64,000 bases of DNA from Acidobacteriota bacterium (GTDB lineage: Bacteria > Acidobacteriota > UBA6911 > RPQK01 > JADFOI01): contig CBDCMH010000004.1 of assembly GCA_965218935.1 (NCBI GenBank), positions 103,965-167,964 of the forward strand. The letters run 5' to 3'. Below are positions 57,007-64,000 of this stretch, piece by piece. The notes beneath the pieces are model-generated. The model had not been told where the DNA came from, did no database searches, and saw nothing but the letters and a program-made list of their open reading frames with translations. The position numbers and the translations under genes were made by a program. Position 1 is the stretch's first letter; every line of letters begins with the position of its first letter.

Positions 57007-57690
57007 TCACCGCTCAGACAGGATCTCGTCTTCGTCGAAGTAGTCCACCTTGTGCACCGGCATGACAACGCTGGAGACCACGTTGAGGAGATGTCCTCCA
57101 ATACGCTTATAGTATCGGGTGGCTAGAACAAGTGCGGAGGTCGTACCCGCATCGTATTTCTCCCCTGCGATTCGCTCGATTAGAGCATCGCTCCCCTGGG
57201 CGATTTCCCGTCCTTCGCGGATCAAGTGCAGAGCCCGCTCCGGTTCCAAGGAGGTAAACACCTCCGAGGCTGCCTGAAAAGCTTCCTCGATCCCCTGACG
57301 GTAGGAACGTAACTCCTTGACAATCTCGTCATCGGGCAACGTCTCCGGGGAAAAATCCACCAACTCTAAAATGTTCTTGGCATAGTCGCCCAGGCGCTCA
57401 ACATCCTTGACCAGGCTCATCAAGAGGAGGCAGTAGGGGACGTCCGGAGTGTTTCCCGGAACGGAAAGATGGGCCACCACCTGCTTGCGGATCGCTCGCT
57501 CGAGCTGATTGACCTCGATATCCTGCCTGCGGATCTGATCCCTCTCCTCGGGCATGGCTTTTCTCTCAAAAAAGATGCCTCCCGCGGAGAGTGTCATCTC
57601 ACGGGCCAACTTGAGCATCCGGGCGAAGTTCTCTCCCATTTCAGTAAGCGGGTTCTTGGATCGAAAAATAGTGAGTAATTCACGAAACAT
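57007..57690 (-). CDS. PhoU-domain protein (phosphate transport regulator-like)
   Basis: 227 aa with two PhoU-like helical repeats (…EVNQLERAIRKQVVAHL…; …KDVERLGDYAKNILEL…). Immediately downstream of a Na/Pi cotransporter gene on the same strand. Confidence 0.65.
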   Translation of the reverse strand: MFRELLTIFRSKNPLTEMGENFARMLKLAREMTLSAGGIFFERKAMPEERDQIRRQDIEVNQLERAIRKQVVAHLSVPGNTPDVPYCLLLMSLVKDVERLGDYAKNILELVDFSPETLPDDEIVKELRSYRQGIEEAFQAASEVFTSLEPERALHLIREGREIAQGSDALIERIAGEKYDAGTTSALVLATRYYKRIGGHLLNVVSSVVMPVHKVDYFDEDEILSER

Positions 57691-57704
57691 ATTTACCTCC
57701 TTGG

Positions 57705-58877
57705 CTACTCGAAGAATCTATTCAAGACTACGAGTATCGCGGGGAGACCGTAGAACAGACCTACCACATACAAGAGCGCCCATTTGCGGGACTCAACCGC
57801 TGACTCGGCCAGGGACCTTGCGGCAACCAGGGGCAGGCGCCGGATGAACGGAACCGGGTAGATGAGCGCTATTCCAGACAGGTTAAAGAGTACATGCACC
57901 AGTGCAATCTCTACACCCGCATGAGCGTTCGCCCCCGAAACAGCCAGGGTGGCCAACAGAGCCGTCACTGTGGTGCCTACATTGGCTCCGATGGCCACAG
58001 GAAAGGCCTGTTCAAGCGTCAGCAGCCCTGCGCCTGCCAAGGGTACCAGAAGCGAGGTCGTAATGCTGCTCGATTGTACCATCACCGTTACAGCCGCCCC
58101 CAACAGGATGGATACCAACACGCTTCGCCCCAGGAAGCGAGTGATGAAGACCTCGATGCTCGATTGGGTGGCCGCGCGCATCACCTTCACCAAAAACAGA
58201 AGCGCCCCGAAGATAAAGAGGGCACTCACCAGGACAAGAAGGACCCCCTGTCCTCGTTCGGCCTCGAAGAGTGCCGCGGCAAGGCTCTTTACAGGTACAA
58301 GGCCAGTTTTCAATGCGTCCTTAAGAGGATTCTCATAGGTGATGCCGCCCATTTCTCCAAAAGTCGACGCTAAAGCTACGGCGGTGCGATGGAGATAGCC
58401 CGTGGTGATCTCCACCGGCAAGAGCACCGCTACGGTTATGAAATTGAAAAAGTCATGACAGGTGGCCACAGAGAATGCACGGAGAAATTCCTCCTTGCGG
58501 CCCATGTGAGCCAAGGAAACCACCGTGTTGGTGACCGTGGTGCCGATGTTGGCGCCCATGACCATGGGTACAGCATTGGCTACAGGCAGTGGATTTTCGG
58601 GGGCAGCGACCAGGCCCACAATCATCGCCGTTGTGACGGACGAGCTTTGAACCAGCGTCGTGGCCAGAATACCGACGATCAGCGCCATGAAGGGATTTTC
58701 GGTGGTGGCGAAGAAGGCGTCCAGAAGATCCCGCCCCAGGAGCTTGAAGCCGTCGCCGAGGCCCTGGACTCCCATCAAAAAGATAAAAAGCAAGATCAAC
58801 AGAATGGCGGGTCGCCCCACGGCAGATAACGCTCCCGCCAACTTCGCTCGGTTCCCCGGTGGCAAGATGTCCTTCAT
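57705..58877 (-). CDS. Na+/phosphate cotransporter (NptA / type II Na/Pi cotransporter family)
   Basis: 390 aa. Duplicated QSSS-containing repeats (LVQSSSVTTAMIVGLVAA and MVQSSSITTSLLVPLAGAG) are diagnostic of the NaPi-II family. Confidence 0.8.
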   Translation of the reverse strand: MKDILPPGNRAKLAGALSAVGRPAILLILLFIFLMGVQGLGDGFKLLGRDLLDAFFATTENPFMALIVGILATTLVQSSSVTTAMIVGLVAAPENPLPVANAVPMVMGANIGTTVTNTVVSLAHMGRKEEFLRAFSVATCHDFFNFITVAVLLPVEITTGYLHRTAVALASTFGEMGGITYENPLKDALKTGLVPVKSLAAALFEAERGQGVLLVLVSALFIFGALLFLVKVMRAATQSSIEVFITRFLGRSVLVSILLGAAVTVMVQSSSITTSLLVPLAGAGLLTLEQAFPVAIGANVGTTVTALLATLAVSGANAHAGVEIALVHVLFNLSGIALIYPVPFIRRLPLVAARSLAESAVESRKWALLYVVGLFYGLPAILVVLNRFFE

Positions 58878-58919
58878 GGAATGAACTACAACCTACCCGC
58901 TTCTCGTTGCAACGGGTCC

Positions 58920-60356
58920 CTATTCGATTTCAAAGGCGATGAACCTGAGAGCCTCCTGGCGCTGTACCTGCACGACTACCGGATCGCCGGCTTGCAGCTC
59001 AGCCAACCGGGCACGCAGAGTGGCAAGGCTGGTGATCTCCAGGCCATTGATGGCGTAGATCACATCGCCCGGCAAGAATTCGGCCTGCCAATAGGGAGAG
59101 CTGGGAGAGCGGGCGGCAACCAGTACACCTCCCAGCTTTCTGGGTGGGAAAAGGATCTTGGCGACCTGAGCATCAATGTCGAGTCCCAAAATGCCCAACT
59201 TCGGAACCAGGCTATTCTCGGGCGTGACCATCTCAACAAGATGCCCGAAATCATCTTCTCGCTCGATGACTCGCACTCGAAAGGTCAGTTTTTGGGAACC
59301 CCGCAGCACATCCAAGGTGACCAGGTCGCCGACGCCATGCCCATAGAGGTTCACGTCAAACTGGCGACCGTTCTCCATGACTTTGCCATTCAGAGTCAGG
59401 ATGACATCTCCCACTTTGAGCCCCGTCAAATCGGCGGGCTCCCCGGGCAGGACATCGCCCAGGACCACACCCCATTCCTGAGAAAGACCCAATCCCTCTG
59501 CCAGGGTGGCAGTAATGGTCTGAGCCTTTACTCCAATCTCGCCGCGAGCGACACGGCCCGTGCTACGGATTTGCCTGAAGACATTCTTCGCGATGTTGCT
59601 GGGCACGGCAAACCCAACTCCCTCATTTCCTCCTGACTGGGACACGATAAAAGTATTGATTCCCATCACTTTCCCATTGGCGTCGACCAAGGGTCCTCCG
59701 CTGTTTCCAGGGTTGATGGGAGCATCCGTCTGAACATAGACCACCGGATCTTCCGGCTGGAGCTGCCTTGCCACTGAACTCACCACCCCCAACGTGACCG
59801 AATTCTCCAAACCGAAAGGACTTCCGAAAGCCAGCACCAATTGTCCTTGTTTGAGTTCGTCAGAATCTCCCAGTTCCAGAAAGGGAAGCTCGTCTTCAGG
59901 GATGCTCAACACGGCCAGATCGGTCTCATGATCGATTCCCACGATCTGGGCTTCCACCATTTCTCCTCTAGGTTTGAGAATGGACACTCCTTCAGGTGTA
60001 TCCCGCAACGATCTGGCCAGCAGAACCTGGACACGTCTGGCACCCTGGACCACGTGGGCATTGGTGAGGATGTAACCCTCCGGGTCGAGGATCACACCGG
60101 AGCCTGAACTTTGATCCCGGCTCAACAGGCTGGACTCCGTATTCCCCAGCGCTGTGCTGTATCCTGTGGCAAAGATTTGCACCACCGCTGGGCCCACCTG
60201 CTCCGACAGACTCTCAAATGAGCCGCTGAGCCGAGCTAAAGCGCCCTCGTTCCCCGCTGAGGATTGAGCCCGAACACTTGTCGTGCCCGCCAGCGTCGAA
60301 AGCAGACACCCGGAAAGAGCCAAAACATTCAGAGTACGACTCTTACGAGGCTCCAT
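58920..60356 (-). CDS. htrA: HtrA/DegP-family periplasmic serine protease (trypsin domain + two PDZ domains)
   Basis: Catalytic-triad motifs ILTNAHVV, D..., GNSGGPLV. Signal peptide, 478 aa, two PDZ-like regions. Confidence 0.85.
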   Translation of the reverse strand: MEPRKSRTLNVLALSGCLLSTLAGTTSVRAQSSAGNEGALARLSGSFESLSEQVGPAVVQIFATGYSTALGNTESSLLSRDQSSGSGVILDPEGYILTNAHVVQGARRVQVLLARSLRDTPEGVSILKPRGEMVEAQIVGIDHETDLAVLSIPEDELPFLELGDSDELKQGQLVLAFGSPFGLENSVTLGVVSSVARQLQPEDPVVYVQTDAPINPGNSGGPLVDANGKVMGINTFIVSQSGGNEGVGFAVPSNIAKNVFRQIRSTGRVARGEIGVKAQTITATLAEGLGLSQEWGVVLGDVLPGEPADLTGLKVGDVILTLNGKVMENGRQFDVNLYGHGVGDLVTLDVLRGSQKLTFRVRVIEREDDFGHLVEMVTPENSLVPKLGILGLDIDAQVAKILFPPRKLGGVLVAARSPSSPYWQAEFLPGDVIYAINGLEITSLATLRARLAELQAGDPVVVQVQRQEALRFIAFEIE

Positions 60357-60564
60357 GTATCGTTTCTCCCTTTACCAGATTGCGGAACAAAGATTTCGAT
60401 TGCCGTGTTGAAGCCTCTATTAAAGCACTCCTGGTTGCCAAGAGAAAACTTTTCTTCGGAGAAGGCCGAAAGAAAGAAGGAGAGACTAGAAAAGAGGATG
60501 GAAAGGAGAGATCTGCCGGAGGGGTCAGCCGGTAGGTGACCCGGACCCCATGAGCGGCAAGAAG

Positions 60565-60610
60565 CTCCGGAATGTGGGAGGCACCTGAGGTGCCTCCCAC
60601 ATTCCGGAGG
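60565..60610. repeat. REP-like element, family 1, perfect palindromic copy
   Basis: CTCCGGAATGTGGGAGGCACC-tga-GGTGCCTCCCACATTCCGGAG forms a 21-bp perfect stem with a 3-nt loop. It lies between htrA (5' end) and the STAS gene (3' end). Confidence 0.8.
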
Positions 60611-60670
60611 TCTTCGCAATCCTGACGGTTCCCGGCGAGCCACCGACTCGCCCCCACGTCGTTTCGTTAT

Positions 60671-61009
60671 CTAGGAGAAACTTCCCACGGCAGTCTCCTC
60701 ATCGTCATAGCTATCGAATACGGTGAGCAGTTTCGTGATTGCCAGCAGCTCTCTTATTTTCTTGGTCAAGTGAAGTAATTTGAACTGCCCCCCCTGGTTG
60801 GTGACGGTCGTGTACGAACTGACCAATTCACCGATGCCGGAGCTATCTACATAGCTGACGTCACCAAGATTCAAGAGAATGTCCTTGTTTCCACTGTCCA
60901 GGAGTTCACGAACTGTCTCGCGGATTTCCCGACTCCCCTCGCCGATCGTGACCTTGCCATGGAGCTCAAGGATCGTAACACCGTTCACACTTCGAGTATC
61001 AATTGTCAT
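60671..61009 (-). CDS. STAS-domain anti-sigma-factor antagonist (SpoIIAA/RsbV-like)
   Basis: 112 aa. ...[20 protein letters not shown]... carries the conserved phosphorylatable Ser in the DSSG context. Confidence 0.8.
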   Translation of the reverse strand: MTIDTRSVNGVTILELHGKVTIGEGSREIRETVRELLDSGNKDILLNLGDVSYVDSSGIGELVSSYTTVTNQGGQFKLLHLTKKIRELLAITKLLTVFDSYDDEETAVGSFS

Positions 61010-61484
61010 TTTCCTCTCCTCGCGTTTTATGATTCAATCTTTTTTCCATCCTCAATTCCAGCCCACCTTCAGGGAGAGATTTCCAATCCACCTCATCCAT
61101 AAAGGATCGCACAAAAAAGACTCCTCTCCCGCCGGGCTGAAGCAGATTGTCAGGCTCCAGCGGATCCCGGATTTGCGACTCATCAAAGCCTTCTCCTTCA
61201 TCCTGAACAAAGATCACCAGGCGATCCGGAAGACTTTCGAATCGAACCCCGACTTTCTTGCTCTCATCCGATTTGTTGCCATGTTGAATCGCATTGACGA
61301 CCGATTCTCGGATGGACAAGCCAATCCAATAGCGAGTGTCTTCATCAAACCCCACCATGCGAGTGATCGCATCCGAGACCTCCTGGACGAAGTCCAGATA
61401 ACCGAACTGGCTCCCGAAGGAAATCTCCAGTTCCGCCCCTCTGAGTTGACTGACCTGATCGTCCTCCCTGATTTCCTCGCCCAT
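60999..61484 (-). CDS. Anti-sigma regulatory factor serine kinase (RsbW/SpoIIAB-like HATPase_c)
   Basis: Start re-set to MGEEIRE (61484); the track ORF extends upstream through a TTG. It has N-box [10 protein letters not shown] and G-boxes VQDEGEGF...GGRGVFFV. 11-nt overlap with the STAS gene. Confidence 0.75.
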   Translation of the reverse strand: MGEEIREDDQVSQLRGAELEISFGSQFGYLDFVQEVSDAITRMVGFDEDTRYWIGLSIRESVVNAIQHGNKSDESKKVGVRFESLPDRLVIFVQDEGEGFDESQIRDPLEPDNLLQPGGRGVFFVRSFMDEVDWKSLPEGGLELRMEKRLNHKTRGEENDN

Positions 61485-61989
61485 TAAAAGTGGTAAATCA
61501 TAATCAGGATCTCCAAGATTTGTCAACCAGTCTGTCCCTACCCGTTTTCGCCTGTGAAATCGTGCATGGGAGCCTGTGCTCGTGTTATCCAACTCTTCAG
61601 GAGCCTTTTTTGCACACCCGGCAGCCAGCAACATTCTCCACCTGTCAAGTTCTGTTAACACCCTCCCCATCCATCCAGAATCGGCTAATTGCCTACGGCG
61701 GCTAACCTTACCGCTCAATCCCAGAAAATAACCTGTCAGCCCAAGTTGACGTGAACTGAAACGATGAGCCTCCCTGAAGACTCACCAGAATGCCCTCGTA
61801 TTCGGTCAGACCCAAGCCCTGTCAGAGGCTTAGCAGATGCTCCCGGCACCCTGTATTTTCTGGAACGGAAATTGCTTCTTGTCTTGGAGATGTCGCCCGA
61901 GTATTTGGTCCTGGCTATATTGACGGAAAGATTCGGTGCTTGTGGAGGTGATCGAATGGATCGAGCAGTAACATTGAAGGAGAAGATTC

Positions 61990-62433
61990 ATGAGATCCCG
62001 TAACGATGTTGGAAGAGGAATCCACCGGAAAAAGTCCAAAATGCCGCTCCTGATGGCTGGTCTGTTCGTATGCCTGGTGGGAATGATCGTACCCGTTAGC
62101 GCTCAAGGGAGCCGCGGCTTCATTTCTGCCGAGTTTTCCCGTCCGCAACAAGAATGGTCGATTCAGGAAGTAGCCCAGCGCTATGGTGTTACCGAAGCGG
62201 TCGAACTCTCCTTTCAACTTCAGCAGGCAGAAGAAGCCCACCGGGAAATGGAGAAAATTAAGAGAGCTCAACAGCGGGACCGGGAACTTCGGAGCAAGGT
62301 CGCAGAACTGGCCAAGACTTCAATGAAACTCTATCAACGATTCGATAATCCCTCGGAAACCCACGCGGATACTCCTCAACTGGCAAAAAAGTGCGAGGAG
62401 CTGGCCAAGGCCATTAAGAAGCTCTTGCGCTGA
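61990..62433 (+). CDS. Hypothetical secreted alpha-helical protein
   Basis: 147 aa. Signal peptide MPLLMAGLFVCLVGMIVPVSAQG after a basic N-terminal region. Lys/Glu-rich coiled-coil-like C-terminus. Confidence 0.45.
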   Translation: MRSRNDVGRGIHRKKSKMPLLMAGLFVCLVGMIVPVSAQGSRGFISAEFSRPQQEWSIQEVAQRYGVTEAVELSFQLQQAEEAHREMEKIKRAQQRDRELRSKVAELAKTSMKLYQRFDNPSETHADTPQLAKKCEELAKAIKKLLR

Positions 62434-62436
62434 AGT

Positions 62437-62550
62437 GCTGACTGCAGCCGGCAGACCGGCTGAAATTCAAAATCTCAAATTCTAAATTTCAAACCTGACC
62501 TGGAACCTGGAACCCGGAACCTGGAACGCGCGCGAAGCGCGCTCTGGCTC
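62437..62550. repeat. Family-3 element plus tandem heptamer repeats and GC palindrome
   Basis: gctgactgCAGCCGGcagaCCGGCTGaaattcaaaatctcaaattctaaatttcaaacctgaCCTGGAACCTGGAACCCGGAACCTGGAACgCGCGCGaagCGCGCtc. Starts 4 nt after the stop of the 61990 gene. Confidence 0.7.
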
Positions 62551-62685
62551 CTGTCTCCCGTCTTCGCCCTTGCCCACTGTCTCACTGGCAAAGTACAATC
62601 CTCTTTTGGCGAATTCTGACTCTGCGAGTGACCGTTCTGTGACCTGTTCACAGGAATAGAAACGACCCTGGAGGCACTTGTTGAT

Positions 62686-63845
62686 ATGAAAAGTGGGCAA
62701 GACCTCAAGGAGCTGTGTGCTGAAGCCCAGAGGATTCGGGACCGTGGCAAGGGTCGAGTCATCAGCTTTTCCCCAAAGGTCTTTATCCCCCTGACCCGAC
62801 TATCCCCCTGACCCGACTTTGCCGGGATTTCTGCACCTACTGCACTTTCCGGCAGGCTCCTCAGCAGGCGAAACGACTTTACATGACGCCCCAAGAGGTG
62901 CTCGATGTCGCCCGAGCGGGCCAGCGATCAGGCTGTCGGGAAGCTCTGCTTGTCCTGGGAGAAAAACCGGAGCAGCGCTATCCAGAAGCGGGGAGCTGGC
63001 TGCAGGAGAACGGCTATGAGAGCACCCTTGAATACCTGCGAGAGATGTGTGCGCTGGTACTTCGTGAAACAGATCTATATCCGCACAGCAATCCTGGCAC
63101 AATGACTCGAAGTGAGTTAGAGGATCTCAAGGGCCTCAACGTGTCCATGGGGCTGATGCTGGAAAGCACCAGTGCCCGGCTCCATGAGCCTGGCGGCCCT
63201 CACGAGCACGCCCCCAGCAAACTCCCTCAAGTGCGACTTCGAACCCTGGAGCTTGCCGGGGAACTGCGGATCCCTTTTACCACTGGCCTTCTGATTGGCA
63301 TTGGCGAAACGCCTGAAGAGCGAATCGACGCTTTGTTGGCCATCAAAGATCTACAGGATCGTTTTGGCCACATCCAGGAAGTGATCCTTCAGAATTTTCG
63401 CGCCAAGCCTGGAACTGCGATGGAAAAGGCCTCGGAGGCGTCTCATCGTGAAATGCTGGAAACCGTAGCCGCTGCACGCGTTATCCTGGGCTCGGAAATG
63501 AACATCCAGGTGCCGCCCAACCTCTCGTCGCAATACCTGGATTATCTCGAGGCTGGGATCAATGACTGGGGAGGCATCTCGCCAGTGACTATAGACTTCG
63601 TCAACCCCGAGACTGCCTGGCCCAATATCCTTGTACTGAAGCAGGAAATGAACTCTCGCGGGTATGAGCTGCGAGCTCGTTTTCCGGTCTACCCGGAATA
63701 CATCCTGCACAGATCTCAATTTCTGCCTCCATCCCTGCTCAAACGACTTCGCCTGGAGGCTGATTCACAGGGTTACTTTGCGGGAGCGTGGGACACTCCC
63801 TGGTGTCCTGTGCCACCCCATCCACACCGTGAGACACAACCATGA
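62686..63845 (+). pseudogene. cofG: CofG-like radical-SAM enzyme (FO synthase subunit 1 / CofG-CofH-MqnC-MqnE family) interrupted by a 17-bp tandem duplication
   Basis: ATG at 62686 gives MKSGQDLKELCAEAQRIRDRGKGRVISFSPKVFIPLTRLSP*. The main ORF (62883-63845) is out of frame with it and contains GLLIGIGETPEERI and other CofG-like regions. Removing one copy of TATCCCCCTGACCCGAC (62784-62800 = 62801-62817) restores KVFIPLTRL-CRDFCTYCTF, the canonical CxxxCxxC cluster motif. Confidence 0.6.
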
Positions 63846-64000
63846 GAGAGCGTCTTGAGCGTTGCCTGCAAAGTGCCGACAAGAGGATTGCCGACATCCT
63901 GGACCGGTCGCTTCAAGGTCAGGACCTGGTCGAGGAAGAGATCGTTGACCTGTTCGCCGCCAGCGCGGAGGATTTCCGGGCTCTGCTGTCGGCTGCCGAT
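63842..64000 (+). CDS. CofH-like / radical-SAM partner gene, 5' fragment (continues beyond window)
   Basis: ATGA overlap with the upstream stop. MRERLERCLQSADKRIADILDRSLQGQDLVEEEIVDLFAASAEDFRALLSAAD resembles the N-terminal helical region preceding the radical-SAM motif in CofH/MqnC-type proteins. No stop before the window end. Confidence 0.4.
   Translation, partial: MRERLERCLQSADKRIADILDRSLQGQDLVEEEIVDLFAASAEDFRALLSAAD

Noticed and set aside
56733-57101. 122-aa ORF (and 22163-22687, 60343-60657, 56839-57126) containing the peptide NVGGTSGA
   Set aside because: The shared peptide comes from translating the REP-like GGCACCTGAGGTGCC repeat, not from a real protein family.
62497-62528. Possible CRISPR-like array (CTGGAAC heptamer repeated 4x)
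   Set aside because: Repeats are only 7-8 bp with no spacers. This is a simple tandem repeat, not a CRISPR. No cas genes in the window.

Overview
This 64 kb window is GC-rich (about 58-60%) and looks like a chromosomal segment from an Acidobacteria-like Gram-negative bacterium. It contains two huge TonB-dependent receptors with N-terminal carboxypeptidase-regulatory-like domains, several TPR-repeat proteins and abundant small intergenic repeats. Supportable gene content, in order: a pilin-like protein and an IS5/IS1182-like insertion (~2066-3835). Next is a UbiX flavin prenyltransferase. Two near-identical ~1.5 kb IS elements with an rve/DDE transposase lie in direct orientation (10874-12374 and 39989-41479), bracketing about 27 kb. 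That bracketed segment carries a CBS protein, a frameshifted tandem YjbQ-like gene, a NUDIX-MBL fusion, an AddB-AddA helicase-nuclease pair, ferritin, a CusA/CzcA-type RND pump, a MoxR ATPase followed by a GWxTD-domain protein, a CaiB-type CoA-transferase, a TolC-like protein with two membrane fusion proteins, an aspartase/fumarase, and a YcnJ-like CopC-CopD fusion convergent with a YcnI-like gene. Downstream are an amidohydrolase, an MFS transporter, a bioBFDA operon, a TonB receptor behind a near-consensus sigma70 promoter plus palindromic operator, an ENPP-like phosphodiesterase, a DUF4212 plus sodium:solute symporter pair, a PhoU-like plus Na/Pi cotransporter pair, HtrA, a STAS/RsbW partner-switching pair, and a cofG-like radical-SAM gene broken by a perfect 17-bp tandem duplication. 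No rRNA, tRNA or CRISPR array was found. The main non-genic signals are three families of short conserved intergenic repeats: a REP-like perfect hairpin family, a ~40-nt ACTATTCATAAATTGTCTACTGCAG family at gene 3' ends, and a CAGCCGG-hairpin plus CAAATTCAAA-island family. The IS element also has doubled terminal repeats. None of this has been checked against databases; all calls rest on motif-level recognition in the translated ORFs and direct reading of the nucleotides. I found no classical defense operon; the most novel-looking items are the repeat families, the IS terminal architecture, the IS-bracketed segment and the MoxR-GWxTD pairing.
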